Shown here in pieces: positions 1 to 5,405 of a stretch of DNA of 5,405 bases. The stretch is from a virus (Duplodnaviria; Heunggongvirae; Uroviricota; Caudoviricetes). How positions within the stretch are numbered: position 1 is the first letter of the stretch; the number at the start of each line of letters is the position of its first letter. The stretch is taken from IMG/VR virus record IMGVR_UViG_2534681653_000013. One strand, 5' to 3'. The position numbers were made by a program, and so were the translations under genes. The notes below the pieces were generated by a model. The model was not told the DNA's origin. It made no database searches and saw only the letters and a program-made list of their open reading frames with translations.

Positions 1-212
1 TCAGCACCTGAATCCGCGATTATCACATATACCTGGTTGCTGATTGCCCCTCCGCACAGGGGGATTCACCATGCGAAATTTTTTTAACAAACGCTCAGCA
101 TGTCAGGCAACATTCAACTGCCTGAATTGTGAGGCATTTAACATTTCACTGTCCGGTGTCTTTCCTGTAATAAAAAGCCCGCAAAAGAGAGTCAGGGCAG
201 ATAAGTGTGGTG

Positions 213-289
213 TGGCGCGTTGTACTGGATTCGGACCAGTGACCGATTGCTTAGAAGGCAATTGCTCTGTCCGGCTGAGCTAACAACGC
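213..289 (-). tRNA. tRNA-Arg, anticodon UCU (reads AGA)
   Basis: Hand-folded minus-strand cloverleaf: acceptor GCGTTGT/ACAACGC, D-stem GCTC/GAGC, anticodon stem ATTGC/GCAAT with loop CTTCTAA, T-stem ACTGG/CCAGT, discriminator G, encoded CCA. Same layout as E. coli argU. T-loop reads TCCGAAT (C at position 55). Confidence 0.75.
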
Positions 290-302
290 TGAATACCGAT
301 AA

Positions 303-379
303 TGGACCGCCATCGGGGACCCGAACCCCGCGCAACCAGCTTCGAAGGCTGGCGCTCTGTCCTGATGAGCTAATGGCGG
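303..379 (-). tRNA. tRNA-Arg, anticodon UCG (reads CGA/CGG)
   Basis: Hand-folded minus-strand cloverleaf: acceptor CCGCCAT/ATGGCGG, D-stem GCTC/GAGC, anticodon stem CCAGC/GCTGG with loop CTTCGAA, T-stem CGGGG/CCCCG, encoded CCA. T-loop reads TTCGGGT (G at position 58). Confidence 0.7.
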
Positions 380-388
380 TATGTGATA

Positions 389-464
389 TGGTGGCCCTTG
401 CTGGATTTGAACCAGCGACCTGGCGATTATGAGTCGCTCGCTCTCACCACTGAGCTAAAGGGCT
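389..464 (-). tRNA. tRNA with anticodon CAU (Ile2 lysidine-type like ileX/ileZ, or elongator Met)
   Basis: Hand-folded minus-strand cloverleaf: acceptor AGCCCTT/AAGGGCC (A1:C72 mismatch), D-stem GCTC/GAGC, anticodon loop CTCATAA, T-stem GCTGG/CCAGC with canonical T-loop TTCAAAT, discriminator A, encoded CCA. Overall resembles E. coli ileX as I recall it. Confidence 0.75.
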
Positions 465-626
465 GGGCGCAGGATAATAACGGTACGTAACTAATCCTGC
501 AATATCATCCGTTCTGACTGACTAAATCCTGAACTTCCCTGACCGTCTGCTCAAAACGTTCAGTCTCCAGCTCAACGCCAATTGCACGACGCCCCAGCGA
601 CATTGCTGCTTTGACGCTACGGACAT

Positions 627-655
627 AAAAAAGCCAGCCACTGGGGGAGGCTGGC
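627..655 (-). terminator. Intrinsic terminator on minus strand (candidate tR' of the late operon)
   Basis: Minus strand reads GCCAGCC-TCCCCCAGT-GGCTGGC followed by TTTTTT: a perfect 7-bp GC-rich stem, 9-nt loop and T-tract, about 255 nt downstream of the Q stop. Confidence 0.6.
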
Positions 656-726
656 AAACTCGTAGAGCAAAATGCTGTTACGCAAACTTCGTTACAGGGT
701 CATCCTGCAATACAAAAAATACACAA

Positions 727-756
727 TATTTAGAAAACTAATAGTGCCATGTGCAA
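727..756 (-). promoter_or_regulatory. Candidate sigma70-like late promoter (PR'-like) between the two terminators
   Basis: Minus strand TTGCAC, an 18-bp spacer, then TAAATA; the start site would lie about 70-90 nt upstream of the 627-655 terminator. Weak match, alternatives exist. Confidence 0.2.
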
Positions 757-835
757 TTTTTAAGATTTTGTTATTAATTGTGGTCGCACCTTCCTTTCTG
801 TGTACTTTCCGTATAGCTCACAGGATTCTGGGTAC

Positions 836-858
836 AAAAAAACCCGCGCATCGGCGGG
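836..858 (-). terminator. Intrinsic terminator-like hairpin about 50 nt downstream of Q
   Basis: Minus strand reads CCCGC-CGATGC-GCGGG followed by TTTTTTT: a 5-bp GC stem, 6-nt loop and 7-T tract. Confidence 0.5.
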
Positions 859-908
859 TTAATAAGCAGCGTGGCAATGTAACCACTCTTATCATGATAT
901 GCAGATTT

Positions 909-1343
909 TTACGATCGTAAACTATTTTTTCGCTGATAAAATACAGAGGTTCTCCCTCCCGGCAATTCACGCTCAACATACCGATCCATCTCAAGCCTCA
1001 CTCCCAGCATCATCAGCATGCCTTCAACAATCCCCTCCGCTTTGTGAAGGCGTTTACCTATACAGGTGTCAGAGCACCCATGTTTCCGTGCCAGCGCCAT
1101 GAACGTCTCCCCCAACACGTAATAATCAACCAGCAAGTCATGCAGATCGCGATTGTTCCGGTAAAGGCGGGCTATACACCCGCATATCACCATCGCATCA
1201 TCGTCACAGCACTGCGGGCGTGATTTTACTTTTTCGGGGATCAGTCCCTTAAAACCGGCGGCAATGGACGACCAGGTCACATCTTCATGATTATTAGCCG
1301 CCCACGCTCCCCAACGCTCAAGAACCATCTGAATATCACGCAT
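909..1343 (-). CDS. quuD: Late-gene antiterminator Q (quuD/Q933-type), 144 aa
   Basis: Track ORF 909-1358; I place the start at the ATG at 1343 because GGAG lies 7 nt upstream (the track's TTG at 1358 is less likely). Translation [24 protein letters not shown]... matches my memory of DLP12 QuuD / 933W-type Q. Cysteine clusters (QCCDDD, CGC, GCSDTC) fit a zinc-binding Q. Sits directly after the nin-type genes. Confidence 0.88.
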   Translation of the reverse strand: MRDIQMVLERWGAWAANNHEDVTWSSIAAGFKGLIPEKVKSRPQCCDDDAMVICGCIARLYRNNRDLHDLLVDYYVLGETFMALARKHGCSDTCIGKRLHKAEGIVEGMLMMLGVRLEMDRYVERELPGGRTSVFYQRKNSLRS

Positions 1344-1389
1344 CAACTTACTCCACAAAAATCAGACCAGAACGCCAATTACAAGCAAA

Positions 1390-1415
1390 AATCAACAAAA
1401 CAGTATTAGTTGATT
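1390..1415 (-). terminator. Weak AT-rich hairpin with T-run between ylcG and Q (possible leaky terminator)
   Basis: Minus strand AATCAAC-(12 nt loop)-GTTGATT followed by TTTTGC; the stem is AT-rich, so predicted stability is low. Confidence 0.2.
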
Positions 1416-1428
1416 GTTATCTCTGACT

Positions 1429-1569
1429 TCATACTCCTGCTCCTGTCAGGGTTTTGGCGTAATTCTTCAGTATTCGGTAATCGGTCAAAACAGAACCGGG
1501 GAAACGATATAAGCGCAGACGCCCCCAGCGGTGGCGAAGAAGTTCTGCCATATTAAACTCAAACATCAT
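1429..1569 (-). CDS. ylcG: Small protein YlcG-like, 46 aa
   Basis: Hand translation: [46 protein letters not shown]. Its ATG overlaps the rusA stop (ATGA). Position between rusA and Q matches the K-12 DLP12 order. Below the track length cut-off. Confidence 0.6.
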   Translation of the reverse strand: MMFEFNMAELLRHRWGRLRLYRFPGSVLTDYRILKNYAKTLTGAGV

Positions 1570-1928
1570 TCATTCCCCATTTCGGTGATGGTCAGTTCCA
1601 GCCTCCCACCTTTGGTAACAGGCATCTTCACAACGCGGTAATCAACGACCTGAGCATCATCCAGCCAGAAACCTGCTTTAGTGAGTGCGTCAAAAGCGGC
1701 TTTTTGCAGATTATCCAGGTCACGGCGACGGCGATCCGGCATGTGGCACTCAATGCGGATTTTCACAGGCATAGCCAGGCCGATATCCAGCATTGCGTTT
1801 TTAATGATTCGGGCGACGTTATCGCGGTATGCCTGCCCCTCTGCACTGACGTGCGTGCGCCCGCGATTATGGCGGTAATAGCGATTATTGCTCGGAGGCC
1901 AGGGTAATGTGATACTGTAGGTATTCAC
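1566..1928 (-). CDS. rusA: Holliday-junction resolvase RusA, 120 aa
   Basis: Track ORF; translation [26 protein letters not shown]... with the acidic [18 protein letters not shown] region typical of RusA. GTG start at 1928 overlaps the ybcO stop (GTGA). Confidence 0.92.
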   Translation of the reverse strand: MNTYSITLPWPPSNNRYYRHNRGRTHVSAEGQAYRDNVARIIKNAMLDIGLAMPVKIRIECHMPDRRRRDLDNLQKAAFDALTKAGFWLDDAQVVDYRVVKMPVTKGGRLELTITEMGNE

Positions 1929-2215
1929 GCCTTAATAACCCCCTCTTTCAGCCAGATAACCTGTGTTCTCGCCATACCTTCCAGCGCGCATTCTTTTGCA
2001 TATGCAGCATCGACAAAATGTGTGCGGCGGTCGATTTCGTCGTGGCAGGCAGAACATGCAATGGTGGCAATCAGGTCTGGCGGTTTGATACCGGTACCGC
2101 ACAATCCAGCCAGCCGGATATGTGCCAGTACAGACGTTTCAGAATTGCCATTACATACGCCAGGGATTCTTACCTGGCATTCCCGACCACGCGCTGCTTT
2201 TCTCAAATCAGCCAT
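1925..2215 (-). CDS. ybcO: YbcO-like (DUF1364) Cys-rich putative nuclease, 96 aa
   Basis: Track ORF 1925-2254 trimmed to the ATG at 2215, which has AGGAGG 5 nt upstream. Translation [24 protein letters not shown]... carries conserved Cys/His. Its start overlaps the ninE 3' end by 8 nt. Confidence 0.85.
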   Translation of the reverse strand: MADLRKAARGRECQVRIPGVCNGNSETSVLAHIRLAGLCGTGIKPPDLIATIACSACHDEIDRRTHFVDAAYAKECALEGMARTQVIWLKEGVIKA

Positions 2216-2378
2216 GATTCCTCCTTGCTGCCAGTCGCAACCATTTTTTATCAACCAGGCTAGCGGTATATCCGAGCAGTGTTGGTATTTCGGATGGCTT
2301 CAGCTCAGGCTTACGCTTACGACGATTTGATACTCTGTAGATGTGTCCGTTCATGACACGAATAAGCGGTGTAGCCAT
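2208..2378 (-). CDS. ninE: NinE-like small basic protein, 56 aa
   Basis: Hand translation: [56 protein letters not shown]. Its ATG overlaps the ybcN stop (TAATG). Below the track length cut-off. Confidence 0.75.
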   Translation of the reverse strand: MATPLIRVMNGHIYRVSNRRKRKPELKPSEIPTLLGYTASLVDKKWLRLAARRNHG

Positions 2379-2833
2379 TACGCCTCCTGCTTGTCACGGA
2401 GCTGCTGGAACTCGCAGCTCTGCGGAATAGTCAGATGGCAACCAATATTCATCGCCCAGGCTTCAACCTTACACAGGAAGACATACATCTCTCCGGTATC
2501 AAGATCGGAGGTATGGCGTAACGACTGGATAGTGGTGATATCACCGGTTACGACATCAACCAGGTCTTTGGTTTCATAACCGAGATATGTGTGTTTGAGA
2601 GCATCTTTTACCCAAGCTGGAGTGGCGAACGTTTTACCCCTGCTGATGAGGTATTCACTGATTTCGCTGTACCACATGTGGCTGAGTGCATTCTGGGAAA
2701 GACTGCGTTTCTCACGCCACGGTTTAAGCACCATGCGAAAGCATTTGCCCTCCTCCAGATAAGGCTGGATCTGCCGACCGATAGCGGTGAAGTTGCCGCG
2801 ATGTAATTTGATGCCGTCTTGTGAGAGGTTCAC
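2378..2833 (-). CDS. ybcN: YbcN / NinB-family recombination (DNA base-flipping) protein, 151 aa
   Basis: Track ORF; GTG start at 2833 preceded by GGAGGTG with a 4-nt spacer. Translation [30 protein letters not shown]... matches my memory of DLP12 YbcN. Confidence 0.9.
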
Positions 2834-2931
2834 GCTTCACCTCCGCAGAGGTCAAACGCTAGATGCAAAGAATTGCAGGTGCATTTCTGCATCTGTGAAG
2901 GGAGAAGAGAGTTTGGATTGTATGTGCGCAT
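2830..2931 (-). CDS. ylcH: Small ORF YlcH-like, 33 aa
   Basis: Hand translation: [33 protein letters not shown]. Its stop overlaps the ybcN GTG start (GTGA); GGGGA lies upstream of the ATG. Position matches ylcH in K-12 DLP12. Short, so coding status is uncertain. Confidence 0.5.
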
Positions 2932-2954
2932 AAACGTCCCCGTTTAGCGCAGAA

Positions 2955-2983
2955 GTCACCGGAGTTGTTCAGGCTCCGGTGAC
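2955..2983. repeat. Perfect 10-bp palindrome GTCACCGGAG-N9-CTCCGGTGAC
   Basis: Read directly from the sequence. Lies in the ybcM-ylcH intergenic region, immediately downstream of the candidate -10 at 2987-2992. Confidence 0.6.
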
Positions 2984-2986
2984 ATA

Positions 2987-3015
2987 ATTATGCCGTGTTG
3001 ATTTCCCAAAATCAA
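2987..3015 (-). promoter_or_regulatory. Candidate sigma70 promoter for the ylcH-ybcN-ninE-ybcO-rusA-ylcG-Q block
   Basis: Minus strand TTGATT (-35, 3010-3015), 17-bp spacer, CATAAT (-10, 2987-2992). The predicted start site falls within the right arm of the adjacent palindrome. Confidence 0.3.
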
Positions 3016-3047
3016 AATCGATAGAATTGCTCCTTCTTAAAACACTT

Positions 3048-3845
3048 TTACTCTCTGGAAGCTTTTCTTATCTCTCTTGGTGTTATATTAAAACGATTAT
3101 GAAATCTTTCAGTAAAACGCGAAGGACACTTATAACCATTTTCTCTGGCAATCTCGCTTATAGGTTTTACCGTCGTTTGTATAGCAGACAACGCATTATT
3201 TAACCTCACATCGTCCAGTATACTTTGGAAACTTACCCCCTCGCTTGCTAGACGGCGATGTAATGTAGAAACAGAAATGTAGAGATATCGAGCAACCTTG
3301 TTTGCTGTCCATTTTGTGCCGGGTTCGGATAGCAGCAGGTTATAACAACGACTTATCAATGATTGTTTACTATATGATAAAAGTAAATGATTAACATGAT
3401 TCACTCCTAACGAAAGTAGAACGCCCATTGCTAAGTGCTCCTGAATTTTAGTTGAGAAGCCTCGGGAAACAGATGTTTTTAGTTGCTCCCAACAATATAT
3501 TAACTCAGGATTCTGAGGTAAAAAGAAACTTGTTTTGTTACGTATTTGATCAGTTACCGTATAAAGCTTTTGGAAACTCTCAATTAAATCAATGGGTAAG
3601 TAAAGCATTTCTGCAAGATAAAGCCCTGCTTCAGGATAATTCTCAATATAAAATTCATAACCACAAGGAAATAATATTATTTGATTATTATCAACAGTTA
3701 AAGTATGCGTCTCCCAATTGATAACTTTCTTTCCCTGACGGATACGACACAAAGCTGGCATAAGAGGCTTAACCCTATGAATCTCATGATGTTTATGCAT
3801 CCGTATTTCTTCGATCTTTAAGTTAGTCTTACCTCTTGCCAGCAT
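3048..3845 (-). CDS. ybcM: AraC/XylS-family transcriptional regulator YbcM, 265 aa
   Basis: Track ORF; ATG at 3845. The C-terminal region ([43 protein letters not shown]...) looks like a tandem AraC-type helix-turn-helix. Visibly AT-rich coding sequence. Confidence 0.88.
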
Positions 3846-3854
3846 ACTCTCACC

Positions 3855-4406
3855 CTACTTTATCTCATAAACTGGTGTTATCTCAGCGGTTGCGATTTTA
3901 TTAGCATTAAGCATATAACCAACTAACGCTCCGCTGGAGTTAGAATCTACAGGAATCTTTTCAGTTTTTAGAGCCCATACTTTAAACTGGTAATGATGTG
4001 GTTTATCTCCTTTAGGAGGACATGCGCCACCAAACCCAGCATAGCCAAAATCATTTCGGCCTTGAACAGCACCAGTCGGCAGTTTTGTTCCATCACGTCT
4101 CCCTGCATCAACGGGCAAATATGTTACTGTTGCTGGAATATTAACAACAGTCCAATGCCACCAACCACTGCCTGTAGGTGCATCTGGATCATATACAGTT
4201 ACGGCAAAGCTTTTGGTACCTTCAGGAACACCAGACCAGGTTAATGAGGGCGATGTATTACCACCTTCACACCCAAATCCAGAAAAGACATGAGACGTTG
4301 TAAGTTGCTCTCCTGTTTTTATTTCATTACTAGCGACCTGAAATGCTGCAGCCTGCGCAGAAAATGTTATGAATGCCAATACAGTTGAAACGATAAGTGT
4401 TTTCAT
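3855..4406 (-). CDS. ybcL: Periplasmic PEBP-family protein YbcL, 183 aa
   Basis: Track ORF; ATG at 4406 with AAGAGG about 6 nt upstream. N-terminal signal peptide MKTLIVSTVLAFITFSAQAAA. PEBP/YbhB-family motifs YDPDAP and GDKPHHYQF. Stop is 9 nt upstream of the ybcM ATG. Confidence 0.9.
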   Translation of the reverse strand: MKTLIVSTVLAFITFSAQAAAFQVASNEIKTGEQLTTSHVFSGFGCEGGNTSPSLTWSGVPEGTKSFAVTVYDPDAPTGSGWWHWTVVNIPATVTYLPVDAGRRDGTKLPTGAVQGRNDFGYAGFGGACPPKGDKPHHYQFKVWALKTEKIPVDSNSSGALVGYMLNANKIATAEITPVYEIK

Positions 4407-4622
4407 AAAAACCTCTTTGTTATGACCTATCGTTATTTTATTTGATATTCCTTTATCTCATTATGCATAAAGGCGCAATGTTCATGCAAAAGCAATCACA
4501 ATTGTACCCCCAACCCAATTATTTGCCACAATATACACAAAGCACATTGATACTATCTAAAAACTCTGCTTTATTATTAGTAATACCTACGAAAGTCGGT
4601 GTTATTTTTTAACCTACCATTC

Positions 4623-4672
4623 AAAATACGTGACATACACCATTTTGCTCATAATAATTTGTCACGTATTTT
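4623..4672. repeat. Perfect 13-bp inverted repeat AAAATACGTGACA-N24-TGTCACGTATTTT
   Basis: Read directly from the sequence. Sits in the AT-rich intergenic region upstream of ybcL; candidate operator or paired half-sites. Confidence 0.5.
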
Positions 4673-4870
4673 CAGTATTTGAATCTGCGACCAAGAGTTC
4701 TCACCTAACAAATGATTAAGATTGTATAGCTCATTTACTACCCCAATACAGCCGTACAAAACTCGCTTGTGGGAGCAAACAAAGTAATTACCCATTAAGT
4801 TTCGTTAAAGATAATTAATTCTGTCTTGCACTTTATCATCATAGCATAACTTAAAATCCGAGATCATTAT

Positions 4871-5329
4871 TTAGAAATAAATCTCACCATCAACCATATA
4901 TTTGAGAGCACTTATCGCCTGCTGGGCAGATATTACTTTCATTAAAGGATAGTGTTTAAAAACAATGCCATTCATAAAATAGATATCACAGGTTTTATTA
5001 TCCGTATTAATTATGATTTTTTCGAATATTTTATAGGCAAGTGTACGGCATAACTCTCGTCCATTTTTACTGGTTAAGTCAATAGCATAAAAATCACTGA
5101 ATGAATTTACACCTTTACTCTTCAAAGTTTTCAATGATACCGAAGCCCTTCGTAATTCCTTATCTAATAGTCTTATTTTCTCTGCTATAGCGGTAACTTC
5201 AGGCGCGACAGACAATGCAACGATTAAATTATTAATTTTCATCTGAAGCTCAATAATTTTTAACTCTAAAGTTTCATTAGCATCTTTCTTGTTTTCAACT
5301 GGTTGAATTTTGCTACAATTAAAAAGCAA
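4871..5329 (-). CDS. Recombinase-like ORF, 152 aa as tracked; possibly the C-terminal part of a disrupted ybcK-like serine recombinase
   Basis: Track ORF starting at TTG with no convincing Shine-Dalgarno at TTG 5329 or the internal ATG. Predicted coiled-coil stretch followed by a C-terminal region that resembles large-serine-recombinase C-termini (impression only). In-frame TAA at 5363-5365 closes the frame upstream, while a different frame is open from the window edge to about 5267. Confidence 0.4.
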   Translation of the reverse strand: MLFNCSKIQPVENKKDANETLELKIIELQMKINNLIVALSVAPEVTAIAEKIRLLDKELRRASVSLKTLKSKGVNSFSDFYAIDLTSKNGRELCRTLAYKIFEKIIINTDNKTCDIYFMNGIVFKHYPLMKVISAQQAISALKYMVDGEIYF

Positions 5330-5405
5330 TTCTGAACCGCCCCGGGTTTCCTGGAGAGTGTTTTATCTGTGAACTCAGGCTGCCAGATCATCGTTTCCGA
5401 TGGAA

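Noticed and set aside
1-212. Shiga toxin genes immediately downstream of the tRNA cluster
   Set aside because: The visible 212 bp contain no stxA-like start or signal-peptide ORF; presence beyond the window edge cannot be assessed.
44-432. Plus-strand track ORFs 44-283 and 205-432
   Set aside because: They run antisense through the three well-folded tRNA genes, have no ribosome-binding site and no recognisable protein features.
505-603. 32-codon minus-strand ORF (MSLGRRAIGVELETERFEQTVREVQDLVSQNG) between the late terminator and the first tRNA
   Set aside because: No Shine-Dalgarno, very short, and sits in a tRNA leader region; most likely non-coding.
672-1102. Plus-strand track ORFs 672-920 and 899-1102
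   Set aside because: Antisense to the Q gene and the late promoter/terminator region, no ribosome-binding site, and composition explained by the opposite-strand features.
1344-1358. Track-proposed upstream starts for Q (TTG at 1358) and ybcO (2254)
   Set aside because: The internal ATGs at 1343 and 2215 each have a well-spaced Shine-Dalgarno (GGAG, AGGAGG) and give the expected protein N-termini; the extensions overlap upstream genes or intergenic sequence.
1681-2806. Plus-strand track ORFs overlapping rusA, ybcO, ninE and ybcN (1681-1878, 1704-1907, 2018-2263, 2022-2330, 2343-2579, 2591-2806)
   Set aside because: All are antisense shadows of the confidently identified, translationally coupled minus-strand genes.
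3452-4244. Plus-strand track ORFs 3452-3721 and 3993-4244
   Set aside because: Antisense to ybcM and ybcL respectively; AT-rich shadow frames with no start-site support.
1-5405. CRISPR array, insertion sequence or integron-like structure
   Set aside because: No regularly spaced direct repeats, no transposase-like ORF, and no terminal inverted repeats flanking a mobile unit were seen.

Overview
This window reads as a segment of a lambdoid, DLP12-like prophage of Escherichia coli, with every supported gene on the minus strand (transcription runs right to left). From high to low coordinates: a recombinase-like ORF with a disrupted upstream frame (4871-5329); a ~460 bp AT-rich intergenic region carrying a 13-bp perfect inverted repeat; ybcL (periplasmic PEBP-family protein) and ybcM (AraC-family regulator), an apparent cargo pair; then a tightly overlapping nin-type block ylcH-ybcN(NinB-like)-ninE-ybcO-rusA-ylcG; the Q antiterminator (quuD/Q933-like); a late-regulatory region with two intrinsic terminators; and three phage-type tRNA genes (CAU, Arg-UCG, Arg-UCU). 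The Q-then-tRNA arrangement is the one seen immediately upstream of stx in Shiga-toxin phages, but the window ends 212 bp past the last tRNA and nothing toxin-like is visible. Gene identities rest on my recollection of the E. coli K-12 DLP12 proteins plus motifs visible in the translations; no database search was run. I found no CRISPR array, no IS element and no convincing novel system. The most checkable oddities are the non-canonical tRNA T-loops, two perfect palindromes in regulatory positions, and the disrupted recombinase frame at the right edge.
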